A DNA stretch of 64,000 nucleotides from Nitrospirota bacterium (GCA_963845065.1 CAWJQQ010000005.1:288001-352000), one strand, 5' to 3'; shown: positions 10,494-19,900, counted from the stretch's first letter. Translations and numbers: made by a program. The notes: generated from the sequence alone by a model not told the origin.

Positions 10494-12002
10494 TTATTCT
10501 ACCTGCCCGTGTTTCTTAGTAGTGAACGCCCCGAGGTGCGCGCCCGTTCCCGTAGGAAGTTCAATGGTGAACACCGCGCCCCCTCCTTCGGCGTTGTGAA
10601 ACGCGATTGTTCCGCCGTGTTCGGCAATAATGCCGTGTGAAATTGAGAGCCCTAATCCGGCGCCAACGTCAACCGGCTTAGTTGTGAAGAAGGGGTCAAA
10701 TATTTTAGAAGCGACCTTCAAGGGTACCCCGGGTCCACTGTCGATGACTTGGATGGAAACGCAGTGGGATTCCTTGTTTGACCGCGTGCGGAAGGTGATA
10801 ACTCCCTTGGTCTGACCCGAACCAGCGATTGCCTGTTCTGCATTTAGCAGTAGGTTCAATACGACTTGCTGGATCTGCTGAGAGTCCACGAATACCGTGG
10901 AAATCGGGTCGTACTCCCTCACGATCTGGATGTTGTGCGATTTGAGCCAATAGCTACGAAGATCGATTGCCCGGTCGATGATGTCATTGATGGATTCAAG
11001 GCTTTTTGACGGCGTTCGCTGTCGGGAGAAGGTCAGAAGATTGTCCACGATCTTCTTGCACCGTTCCGCGCTGTCCAGAATTTTTTTCAGCTCAGCCTTG
11101 ATGTTCTCATCTGTCACTTTCATGGACAGCAACTCAGTATACGCGATGGTCCCCGTCAGCGGGTTGTTGATTTCATGGGCAACGCCGGAGACAAGAAGGC
11201 CTATCGAGGCAAGCTTCTCGGCATGGTAGAGCAAGTCCTTTAGCCTTCTCACCTCGGTGATATTTTTTATCACGTGAATAGTGAGCGAACGATCATCTTC
11301 CATCCAAGGGAATACGCTGATCTGATAGAAAAGATCGCCGATTTTTTTTTCATACGTTCGGGGTGTGCCATCTTCAAGAACGGCGGTGCTGACCGATTCG
11401 CTTGGAATATCGAGATCAAAGACGTCGGCAAGCCTGTTACCGACGATCTCGCGAGGGTGTCTGCCGATTGCTTCGGCAAATGCATGATTAACCTTCACTA
11501 GCGTTTGTTCGTTGTCTAGCACGAATATGTAGTCAGTAATGGCGTCGATGATCGACATCCATTGCTTCTGGCTTCGCGGAATGACCTCCGTATACTGCTC
11601 CTCGTAGTGACGCGCCGTCTTAAAGCGGGTTATGGCGCGCCGGGCGGCCCCTGGGTAGGTTTCGACCGCATCAGAAGCGACACACTCGAAAGCACCGGCC
11701 CGGAGCATTTGAAGCACTGTATCCTCATCAATGCGCGGAAGCATCATGATTACGGGAACCTGCATCGCGGTCTGTGCCAAAGTCTCTACAAACTCAGCAG
11801 GAACTAATTTGTGATCTGCAGGATTCACGAAAACAGCGTCGACGGTCTCATGCTTCAGGACCGTGAAGGCAGCTTCCGGTGAGGAAATGCAGTCGATAAT
11901 TTCGTCTCCGCCGGCCTTCTCGAAGACGGCGCGTATTCGATCATACTTCTCCCGACGGTATTCAATAAAGAGTATCCTATGTTCCTTCTTTTTTTGAGAC
12001 AA
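10494..12002 (-). CDS. Sensor histidine kinase: degenerate REC + PAS + HisKA + HATPase
   Basis: GVAHEINNPL, NAEQA, DSGPG, FFTTK, GLGLS; the N-terminal receiver lacks the canonical Asp residues. Confidence 0.9.
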   Translation of the reverse strand: MSQKKKEHRILFIEYRREKYDRIRAVFEKAGGDEIIDCISSPEAAFTVLKHETVDAVFVNPADHKLVPAEFVETLAQTAMQVPVIMMLPRIDEDTVLQMLRAGAFECVASDAVETYPGAARRAITRFKTARHYEEQYTEVIPRSQKQWMSIIDAITDYIFVLDNEQTLVKVNHAFAEAIGRHPREIVGNRLADVFDLDIPSESVSTAVLEDGTPRTYEKKIGDLFYQISVFPWMEDDRSLTIHVIKNITEVRRLKDLLYHAEKLASIGLLVSGVAHEINNPLTGTIAYTELLSMKVTDENIKAELKKILDSAERCKKIVDNLLTFSRQRTPSKSLESINDIIDRAIDLRSYWLKSHNIQIVREYDPISTVFVDSQQIQQVVLNLLLNAEQAIAGSGQTKGVITFRTRSNKESHCVSIQVIDSGPGVPLKVASKIFDPFFTTKPVDVGAGLGLSISHGIIAEHGGTIAFHNAEGGGAVFTIELPTGTGAHLGAFTTKKHGQVE

Positions 12003-12669
12003 AGACTATGTCTATCCTCCTGTTGCGCGCCCGTCCCTCTGGCGTTGAGTTCGATTCAACGGGTCGGTATTCGCCGTATCCGGCGATGCCCATCTGTTCT
12101 GCATCGACACCTTCCTCGTTCACCAGAAAGGAATAGACGCATGATGCTCTGCTGGATGAGAGCTCGATATTTGACGAATATCGCGAATTGTGAACGGGAA
12201 TATTGTCTGTATGTCCTTCTATAACGATATCGCGATGATACTTTTTAATGAGTGAAGCGACGGATGAAAGATAAGGCCGAGATTCCCGCCGTAATTCAGC
12301 AGACCCGTTCTCAAAAAAAAGAGAATCCCCGAACGAGATCAAAACGCCCCGTTGGTCGCGGACAACGGCAATGGCATCAATTATTCCAAATTTTTTGAGT
12401 TCTGCCAGAACGTCTTTTTCCAAACCGACGTCTGCATAGTTGATTGGCCTGATGCCGTTGATGACTGTGCCATTGCCGATGTCTCCCTCACTCGAGGACT
12501 TGAACGCGGATTTCATAGAACCGGAAAACCGTTCTAGCTTGCCAACATCCACGTGACTGATTGCGTACATCGTCGTGAAAAAGGCAAAAAGTAGAGTGAT
12601 GAAATCGGCATAGGACACGACCCATCGGTCGTGATTTTCCTCTACCTCAATTTTACGTTTTTTGTGCAT
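11977..12669 (-). CDS. Second stator B subunit (MotD-like)
   Basis: NHDRWVVSYADFITLLFAFF; OmpA-like domain. Confidence 0.9.
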   Translation of the reverse strand: MHKKRKIEVEENHDRWVVSYADFITLLFAFFTTMYAISHVDVGKLERFSGSMKSAFKSSSEGDIGNGTVINGIRPINYADVGLEKDVLAELKKFGIIDAIAVVRDQRGVLISFGDSLFFENGSAELRRESRPYLSSVASLIKKYHRDIVIEGHTDNIPVHNSRYSSNIELSSSRASCVYSFLVNEEGVDAEQMGIAGYGEYRPVESNSTPEGRARNRRIDIVFVSKKEGT

Positions 12670-12675
12670 TGGCCG

Positions 12676-13443
12676 TCAATACCTGTCTGTTTCTTCCATA
12701 AACGATTTAAGGCGTTCCTCGAGGTAGTGGGGGTTGACACCGGATTGTATCCCGATGACTCCTTCAATGATCATGGCCCGGAGTGCAAGCTCGCGGTTTA
12801 AACTGTTGATGAGCTTTTTCGCTATCGGCAACAGGATGAGGTTTGCCGAACCCACACCATATATGGTCGCCACGAACGCTACGGCGATACCTGCTCCGAG
12901 CTTAGACGGATCAGATAAGTTTTCCATGACGTGGATCAAGCCGAGGACAGCGCCGAGGATGCCGATAGTGGGCGCAAAACCGCCAGCAGTCTCGAACACC
13001 TTAGCGATTCTCCTGCTTTCTTCATCGAAGGTGTTGTTAATTTGTTCCATGGTTTCGACGAGCAGTTTGGGAACCATGCCGGCCGTCGCCAGAGTGAGCG
13101 CTTTTCTGAAAAACGAATGGTCGAGATTTTTGATCTCTGATTCGATGGCAACGAATCCGCTGCGCCGCGCGATCTGTGAAAAACGCAAAATACTTGCGAT
13201 CACCTTTTTGCGGTCCCGAGTATTATTAAATATCACAAAGCGAAGGGAGGCAATGGCCTTGCGAACGTCCCGGAACGGGAAGCTGAGAAACGTCGCCCCG
13301 GCGGTCCCTCCGAAAACAATGAGTGCGGCCGTCGGCTGGAGGATCGAATCGATCCTGCCGCCTTCGAGCAGGTTGCCTCCGATAATGGCCCCTACTCCAA
13401 ACATGATTCCTATAACACTTGCCCTGTCCATACTTGGCATCAA
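12676..13443 (-). CDS. Second stator A subunit (MotC/PomA-like)
   Basis: QPTAALIVFGGT, GGFAPTIGILGAVLGLI, GIAVAFVATIYG. Confidence 0.9.
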   Translation of the reverse strand: MMPSMDRASVIGIMFGVGAIIGGNLLEGGRIDSILQPTAALIVFGGTAGATFLSFPFRDVRKAIASLRFVIFNNTRDRKKVIASILRFSQIARRSGFVAIESEIKNLDHSFFRKALTLATAGMVPKLLVETMEQINNTFDEESRRIAKVFETAGGFAPTIGILGAVLGLIHVMENLSDPSKLGAGIAVAFVATIYGVGSANLILLPIAKKLINSLNRELALRAMIIEGVIGIQSGVNPHYLEERLKSFMEETDRY

Positions 13444-14195
13444 TCCCGCTGCCGCCGGATGATCTCCCGTTGTCGCTTGAGTGTATACTGGATGATGACA
13501 TCACGGACTTCATCAACGAGGTCGATAAAACTCAGGGATGTTTCATACTTGCCATCAACTGGCGTTTCAATCCTCACCACAACGCCATGAGCAAGGACAC
13601 CAACGGGGGGATAGACTGGTAGCAGCATCTTGAGTTCAAGCATACTCCCAATCACGACCGGGTGATCAAGGGAAAAACGGATTCCCGACGCGCTGATATT
13701 CACGGGTACGCTCTCCGCGCGCGCGAGCCCCTCGCTATCAAGGTTGAGCTTTTCCAGGATCATCTCGAGTTTGGCATTGATGTCGACCAGCATTTTCCAA
13801 ACCTTGGGACTGACTGTCTCATCGGGCACGTTAAGATCTTCCAGCTCAAGCCCGAATCCGGGAAATATGCGGGACTCATTGCACCGGTCTGTGCCATCTA
13901 CGATCCGGTAACTAACAGGAAACACATCGTCCACTCGGAAAAAGCCGCGTTTCCCCGTCCACATCCGCCGCAACCGCAGTGATTGCCCGTCCCAAGAAGT
14001 CACTTCGGAATAGTGCTCGATGTCGGTATCTAATTCGGTAATCATAACGTACTGACCTTTTTTGACAACGGCCGGAACATCGGCATCTACCCGAAGTTCC
14101 ATGGTCTTCTCGTCAGCAGACAGCACAGTAGCACTGTAGAGGTCAATATCCGGCATTAGTCGGTAACTAATTTGATCTCTAGGGCGTAATCCCAT
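13440..14195 (-). CDS. PilZ-domain protein (candidate c-di-GMP flagellar effector)
   Basis: RGFFR (RxxxR) and NISASG (N/DxSxxG); start of the next (stator A) gene lies at its 3' end. Confidence 0.8.
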   Translation of the reverse strand: MGLRPRDQISYRLMPDIDLYSATVLSADEKTMELRVDADVPAVVKKGQYVMITELDTDIEHYSEVTSWDGQSLRLRRMWTGKRGFFRVDDVFPVSYRIVDGTDRCNESRIFPGFGLELEDLNVPDETVSPKVWKMLVDINAKLEMILEKLNLDSEGLARAESVPVNISASGIRFSLDHPVVIGSMLELKMLLPVYPPVGVLAHGVVVRIETPVDGKYETSLSFIDLVDEVRDVIIQYTLKRQREIIRRQRD

Positions 14196-14501
14196 GGCTC
14201 TCCCTTTCTAGGTATGCGTAATGTAAAAGCCGTTCGCCGCATAAGATGCAGCGAAAAAAACCTGTAACATAACAACTACTCGGGTTACTCCATGCTCTCT
14301 ATCTCTCAGTGACCTCTAGATTTTTTTCAATAGAGTATAAGTTTTAGGGACAAGAATGAGCGCTTGACGATCAGTTTATGTATAGAAGATGCGGCCATTT
14401 TTATCTAATAACTTTACCTTGTGCCAGAATAGCGATGTTTTCTGCAGTAATATGCTTTTAACTATTTCAACAGAACTTTTAATGTTACCAGATCATGTCA
14501 A

Positions 14502-15953
14502 TCAATGTAAAAAAGCCCTTACGATTTCGCCGTCGAACTGTGTGTTGGCATTTCGCATGAGTTCGGCTACCGCCTGTTCGTGCGCCCGCGCCTGTCTATA
14601 GGGCCGCGACGAAGTCATCGCGTCATAGGCGTCCGCAACGGCGAGAATCCGAGCTGTTACTGGGATGGCAGCTCCCGCGAGTCCGTCAGGATAGCCGCTG
14701 CCGTTAAAGTGCTCATGGTGGTGGAGGATCAGTTCCCGTTCCTTGGGGAAAAACCGCAGGGGTTTAATTATATTCCCCCCAATGACAGGATGCAAGTTGA
14801 TTTCGTTCCGTTCATCGGTAGTGAGTTTTTCTGGTTTGAGCAGAATCGTATCGCGAACGCCGATCTTGCCAATGTCGTGCAGATACCCACCAAATCCGAG
14901 CGCGTCCCGGTCCTCGTCAGGAAGGTCCATGGCATTGGCGATCCGGAGGGAGTAGTTCGTCACTCGCTCAGAATGCTGCTTGGTGTAGGAATCCCTAGCT
15001 TCGATACTGTTGACGAGTGATTTGAGCGTGTTGGTGAGGTTGTTATAGAATACTTCGTAGAGGGCGTTGTTCTCGATGCGCTGTGCCGCCTTTTTCGCGA
15101 AAGTGAGCGCGATCGAGATCTCATCATCGGTGAATGCTGTACCGTCGACCTTATCCGCAAGAGTAATAATACCGAACACTTCATTGTTGATGGTGAAAGG
15201 AATGGCAAAAAACGGAGTTGTGAGAGGATCGCCAGTATAGGGGCAGATGTCGCCGAATGTTGAAAGATAATGCCTCCCCGTCGCTACTATGAACTCGAAC
15301 AGAGTGCACGCAATAGGAATGTCCCGAATGCGCACGCCGACGGCTGTGCGAATCTTAAGAGTGCCGTTTTCGATGATTCCGAAAGAGACCTCCTTGACCT
15401 TGAGGAGGCGGGAAGCCATCTCGACGACCTTCTCGTATATCTCCGTGTTACTGTACAGGGAGTCAAGCTCAGTGCTGACGGCTTGGAGAAGGCTGATTTC
15501 CTGCAATCGGTTGAACAGCTCAGAATTCAGCCGGCTGACAAAAGAATCGCGGGTGTCGCCAATATCGATCCTTTTCAGCAGTAGCCGCTCGCCGATGAGA
15601 CGGTCAGCGATGGAGGTGACGGTCGAGACGTTGAACGGCTTGGTAATAAAATCCTTGGCTCCTTCCCGCATAGCATTGATCGCGTTCTCAATGGAGGAGT
15701 GCCCGGTGATTACGACCACGGGCAATGACGGGTTGATTTTGAATGCTGTCTTCATGAAATCAATGCCGTTAATTCCCGGCATCGTGAGGTCTGTAAATAC
15801 CACGTCGTAGTCGCTCTCCTGGATTTTTTTTAGCCCGTCATAGCCGTCGCAGGCAATCTCAGGTCGATAATTCCCCGATTGCGAGAAAATAGATGTAAGG
15901 ACATCCCGGACGAGCGGGTCGTCATCAACGATTAATATCCTGCTTCTGTGCAT
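14502..15953 (-). CDS. REC-GAF-HD-GYP phosphodiesterase
   Basis: N-terminal REC; HSERV, LHDIGK, HHEHFNGSGYP, ADAYDAMTSSRPY. Confidence 0.92.
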   Translation of the reverse strand: MHRSRILIVDDDPLVRDVLTSIFSQSGNYRPEIACDGYDGLKKIQESDYDVVFTDLTMPGINGIDFMKTAFKINPSLPVVVITGHSSIENAINAMREGAKDFITKPFNVSTVTSIADRLIGERLLLKRIDIGDTRDSFVSRLNSELFNRLQEISLLQAVSTELDSLYSNTEIYEKVVEMASRLLKVKEVSFGIIENGTLKIRTAVGVRIRDIPIACTLFEFIVATGRHYLSTFGDICPYTGDPLTTPFFAIPFTINNEVFGIITLADKVDGTAFTDDEISIALTFAKKAAQRIENNALYEVFYNNLTNTLKSLVNSIEARDSYTKQHSERVTNYSLRIANAMDLPDEDRDALGFGGYLHDIGKIGVRDTILLKPEKLTTDERNEINLHPVIGGNIIKPLRFFPKERELILHHHEHFNGSGYPDGLAGAAIPVTARILAVADAYDAMTSSRPYRQARAHEQAVAELMRNANTQFDGEIVRAFLH

Positions 15954-16524
15954 ACCCCTTGACCAGCCTTTCTTGCAATACGTCAGCTTCCTGCGCCAGA
16001 AGCACGTGCATTGTTTTTAGTTTTGCTATCCGTTCAAGCCAGCCGGACGTCACTTCTGGGTTGTTGCTTGCCGTTATGTTTTTGAGCAGCTCCAGGTCAC
16101 GGTAGGTGTCGCGCAGGTTCTCCTTCAGCTCCTGGTTATCGTCGATTAGCTGCGCACGCTGGTAGGCGCGTTCAGCGAGAATAGATATTTCCAGGGCCTT
16201 GAATGGTTTCGTTAGATAATCATAGGCCCCCGCTTTGATTGCTTCAAGTGTCGTATCAAGTGTCCCAAAGGCCGTAAGAATGACGACGGCGATATCAGGA
16301 TTACTCCGGACAGCGAACTTCAAAACTTCTATTCCGTCGGCTCCGGGCATCATGAGGTCAGTAATGACGAGGTGAACGTCTTCGATCCTGAGACGGTTGA
16401 TTGCTTCGAGACCGTCGGCCACATGGGTCACGGAGAATCCATCCCTGGCAAGGAGGGTGGTAATGACGTCTCGCGCTATATCATCGTCGTCTGCGACGAG
16501 TATCCTGAAATCTTTTTTCTTCAT
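15925..16524 (-). CDS. Response regulator (REC plus short helical tail)
   Basis: ILVADDD, ITDLMMP, GAYDYLTKPF. Confidence 0.9.
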   Translation of the reverse strand: MKKKDFRILVADDDDIARDVITTLLARDGFSVTHVADGLEAINRLRIEDVHLVITDLMMPGADGIEVLKFAVRSNPDIAVVILTAFGTLDTTLEAIKAGAYDYLTKPFKALEISILAERAYQRAQLIDDNQELKENLRDTYRDLELLKNITASNNPEVTSGWLERIAKLKTMHVLLAQEADVLQERLVKGYAQKQDINR

Positions 16525-16543
16525 TGGTCGTTGTTCGTCCTCG

Positions 16544-16741
16544 CTATCGTGTTTTCTTGATCTGCTCCATTACTTCGGACCGTGCTTGAACTAAGACTTG
16601 CCGTTTCTTCGCCTCCGCCGATATATGGACGGTTTCCTGGAGCTCAGTTTCATCTTTTTTGAGGATTGTGGACGGCCTGAGCTTCGAAAGCCTATTGTAT
16701 AGGTGCGACACCTCACTAATCTGATGGGGGAAGACCGTCAT
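16544..16741 (-). CDS. Small flagellar-associated protein (resembles FlgM-associated DVU0524-type proteins)
   Basis: GGAGGA RBS; ETVHISAEAKKRQ motif; first gene after a sigma28 promoter. Confidence 0.55.
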   Translation of the reverse strand: MTVFPHQISEVSHLYNRLSKLRPSTILKKDETELQETVHISAEAKKRQVLVQARSEVMEQIKKTR

Positions 16742-16789
16742 GATTCATCCTCCTGCTAGGCGGCACAGATGGGCATATCTTTACACTTC

Positions 16790-16816
16790 TTATCGGGCGA
16801 TTTATTTAAAACTTTA
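16790..16816 (-). promoter_or_regulatory. Sigma28 (FliA) promoter, leftward
   Basis: TAAAGTTT-N11-CCCGATAA on the minus strand. Confidence 0.85.
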
Positions 16817-16881
16817 GTGAAAATCCCATATAAAAAGGAAAAGGCGGCTTTTGGCTGCAAACACCGCTTTAATGATGCAAT

Positions 16882-16908
16882 TAAAGTTTTATCATACTCG
16901 ACCGATAA
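16882..16908 (+). promoter_or_regulatory. Sigma28 (FliA) promoter of flagellin
   Basis: TAAAGTTT-N11-ACCGATAA. Confidence 0.88.
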
Positions 16909-17055
16909 GATGTTCAAAGGCGGACGAATCTACAGTCAGGAAGGAGGAAGATAATCACAGGGACTAGACAGAAGCCTTGAAAAAAACGTTTCACATCGGC
17001 ACGGAATATCGGTAAGAAATACCGAAATTAAAACCTAAGAAAAAGGAGAATTACC

Positions 17056-18567
17056 ATGGCTATTGATAATGTATCATTAACAGCAGGTATGTTTTCGAAC
17101 CTCGCTTCACTACAAAACATCAGCAATGAAATTAAAACAACGCAGGAACAACTCTCAACAGGTAAAAAAGTCAACTCTGCACTTGACAATCCTCTTGAAT
17201 TTTTCACTGCCCAGTCACTTAATGGCACAGCGAGCACACTTGCTGGATTCCAGGATGGCATGAGCAACGCTGTGCAGACGATTCAGGCTGCGAACAATGG
17301 TATTACCGCAATCACTTCCTTGATCAGCCAGGCACAGGCCATTGCTCAAAGTGCAGTAGCGTCAGCAACAGGTAATTATTACGAGCAGCAATCAGTTTCT
17401 ATCACCGGGGTGACTGGTGCGGTTTATGGGAAAGGGGCTGCAATTACACTCACCGCGAACGTAACGGGGGGCGACACGGTATCCGTTGGCGGTTTGACTT
17501 TCACTGCAATAACTAGTGGTAGTGCGAGTGCGACCCAGTTCGTTGTAAATGGGAACGCAGGTGACGACGCAACAAGTCTTAAAGCAGCTATTTCTGCGGC
17601 GCTTTCAGGAAATGCATTGGGTAGCATTCCTAGTGCCTCTGTCGCTGTCAGTGGTGCCGTTGTTTCGATTACTAGCGGTACTACCAACGTACTTGCCTCA
17701 GGTGTCGCATTCTCCGCTGGAAGCACTGACGGGACAGCTGCCTCATATCAGACGACCGTCACGGCAGGCTCCACGGTGACCATCGGCGGTGTAATTTTCA
17801 CAGCGCTTTCTGCTGGTATTACTGCGGGTGTGGACCAATTCAACGTCGGCGCGAATAATACCGATACTGCGCATAATCTTGCATCGGCTATAACTACAGC
17901 AGCGGGCACAACGAAGACGTTGGGTAGTATTACTGATATTGCTGCTTCTAACACTGGCAACGTTCTTTCGCTTTCTAGCTCCAATAGCAATATTACCACC
18001 GCAAGCATCACAACTTCTAATACCACGCAATTTGCCGATACCGACGTGGCGGCACAAGTGACACCGCGCGAGACCTATAGGAGTCAGTTTGCACAGCTGC
18101 TTAATCAGATTACTACACTGGCCCAAGACTCCGGTTATAACGGCACGAATCTGCTGAATACCGCTACGCTTAACGTCCAGTTCGGCTCAAGTACGTCTGA
18201 CGTACTCGGTATTCAAGGCTTCGATGCTTCAGCGTCAGGCCTAAGTTTGTCGGCGGGAATCACAGGTTCATGGTCGGCAGACAATACGAACATCGATGCT
18301 GCCGTCGAATCATTGAATACTGCTCAGAATACCTTAAATGCAAATTCAGGGACCCTGTCGTCTGGCCTCACGATCATCAACACTCGTCAGACATGGGCGA
18401 ATAGCATGATCAACACCCTGCAAACAGGTGCCAACAACCTTGTGCTCGCCGACGAGAACCAGGAAGGTGCGAACATGCTGATGCTCCAGACACAACAGTC
18501 ACTCGCTACGACTGCTTTGAGTCTGTCGTCTCAGGCTGCTCAGTCTGTTTTGAAACTCTTCCCGTAG
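17056..18567 (+). CDS. fliC: Flagellin (alphaproteobacterial-like termini)
   Basis: LSTGKKVNSALDNP N-terminus, DSGYNGTNLL, LADENQEGANMLMLQTQQSL...VLKLF C-terminus; Ser/Thr/Ala/Gly-rich middle. Confidence 0.93.
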   Translation: MAIDNVSLTAGMFSNLASLQNISNEIKTTQEQLSTGKKVNSALDNPLEFFTAQSLNGTASTLAGFQDGMSNAVQTIQAANNGITAITSLISQAQAIAQSAVASATGNYYEQQSVSITGVTGAVYGKGAAITLTANVTGGDTVSVGGLTFTAITSGSASATQFVVNGNAGDDATSLKAAISAALSGNALGSIPSASVAVSGAVVSITSGTTNVLASGVAFSAGSTDGTAASYQTTVTAGSTVTIGGVIFTALSAGITAGVDQFNVGANNTDTAHNLASAITTAAGTTKTLGSITDIAASNTGNVLSLSSSNSNITTASITTSNTTQFADTDVAAQVTPRETYRSQFAQLLNQITTLAQDSGYNGTNLLNTATLNVQFGSSTSDVLGIQGFDASASGLSLSAGITGSWSADNTNIDAAVESLNTAQNTLNANSGTLSSGLTIINTRQTWANSMINTLQTGANNLVLADENQEGANMLMLQTQQSLATTALSLSSQAAQSVLKLFP

Positions 18568-18592
18568 GTGCAATGAGAAAAACGATCATTGA

Positions 18593-18628
18593 GATGGAGG
18601 GGCTTTTCGCCCCTCCATCGTTTTCTCA
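18593..18628 (+). terminator. Intrinsic terminator-like hairpin after flagellin
   Basis: GATGGAGGGGC-TTTTC-GCCCCTCCATC followed by GTTTTCTC. Confidence 0.8.
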
Positions 18629-18645
18629 CTGAGGAAGGAGGAGGA

Positions 18646-19119
18646 ATGGAAATCTCCAACATAACAAGGCAAGCAAATCAAATTAACACCTCTAGCCCGT
18701 CGTCAATAGTTAATACGTCCAATGTGTCCGGGCAAAGCTCTACTGACCCGGTAAGCAGTCAGAGTTCGATAACAACTCCGCAAGGGCAGATGGTATCAAT
18801 TAGTAGCCATATCAATTACATTCAGCAGCAACTCGATGCCCTTCTAGACCGTTATCCCCCATTTTTCCCGGCGGGGGCTCCGCAGCGGATTGACCTTATA
18901 AAGGGGTTTAAATGGGTACAAGATAAGATAGAAAATTCAATAATCCCCGCTGACTTTAAAAAGGGTCTGTCAGATGCAAAATTGTCAGATAATGCTTCGG
19001 ATAACGATATTTCGAACGCTTTAAATAACCTCATTCAAATTAAAAATACGATAAATCAAAATAGTACGGAAGACTCCAATACTCAACAACCGGGCGTTGT
19101 TGTTAACACTAAAATCTAA
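18646..19119 (+). CDS. Hypothetical flagellin-linked protein (YPPFFP motif)
   Basis: ATG 18646 with GGAGGAGG RBS; Ser-rich N-terminus. Confidence 0.7.
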   Translation: MEISNITRQANQINTSSPSSIVNTSNVSGQSSTDPVSSQSSITTPQGQMVSISSHINYIQQQLDALLDRYPPFFPAGAPQRIDLIKGFKWVQDKIENSIIPADFKKGLSDAKLSDNASDNDISNALNNLIQIKNTINQNSTEDSNTQQPGVVVNTKI

Positions 19120-19143
19120 TTGCCCGAAACGAGGGACATCTTT

Positions 19144-19542
19144 ATGGGGTTAAAAATTTCTATCAAACCGCACGAGCGGCTGATCATTGGAGGGGCTGTT
19201 ATAACGAACGGTAAAAACAGAAGCGATTTCTATATTGAAAGCAACGTCCCTATCCTGCGGGAGAAAGATATATTAAGTGAAAAAAAAGCGGATACTCCCT
19301 GCAAAAAAATTTATTTCGTCATCCAGCTTATGTATGTGGATGGAAAGAACCTGGCTGAACTCCATGCCCTGTATTGGAAACTGGTTAGCGACATTGTAAA
19401 AGCGGCTCCGAGTATGACACCACTCATTGAACAGATCAGCGAGCAAATTTTACATAAAAACTATTACCAAGCGCTTAAAAAGTCAAAAGAACTTATCGAA
19501 TATGAACAGGAGGTAATTAATCGTGTACGCAAACCAGCTTGA
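19144..19542 (+). CDS. flbT: Flagellin post-transcriptional regulator FlbT
   Basis: LKISIKPHERLIIGGAVITNG, PILREKDIL, ADTPCKKIYFVIQLMY, YYQALK. Confidence 0.92.
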   Translation: MGLKISIKPHERLIIGGAVITNGKNRSDFYIESNVPILREKDILSEKKADTPCKKIYFVIQLMYVDGKNLAELHALYWKLVSDIVKAAPSMTPLIEQISEQILHKNYYQALKKSKELIEYEQEVINRVRKPA

Positions 19543-19900
19543 AGCATACAGAACCGTTCACAAGACAACGATGTCAGGAAGGGAGATCGAAGCATCAGTG
19601 CTTACCCAGGCCGCCTTGAAACTCCAGATATGCCAGAATAATTGGGGCATCGCGGGGAATGAGCAGCAATTAAGCGAGGCGATATCTTATAATCAACGGT
19701 TATGGAGCATATTTCAATCGGAGCTGGCTAAGGAAGATAATCCGCTGCCTAAAAAACTGCGAGAGGACATTCTATCCCTCAGTCTGTTTATTAGTAAAAA
19801 GCTCATCTATATCCTGTCCTACCCGTCTCCGGATGAACTTACACCTGTTATTAATATAAATCTCAGCCTTGCGGCAGGGCTCCGGGGCGTTCCCATATAG
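19523..19900 (+). CDS. flaF: Flagellar biosynthesis regulator FlaF
   Basis: REIEASVL, NQRLWSIFQ, NPLPKKLREDILSL, ININLSLAAGL. Confidence 0.92.
   Translation: MYANQLEAYRTVHKTTMSGREIEASVLTQAALKLQICQNNWGIAGNEQQLSEAISYNQRLWSIFQSELAKEDNPLPKKLREDILSLSLFISKKLIYILSYPSPDELTPVININLSLAAGLRGVPI

Noticed and set aside
14196..14500. c-di-GMP riboswitch or terminator upstream of the PilZ gene
   Set aside because: No GEMM core motif; the hairpin near 14233-14255 has no downstream U-tract on either strand
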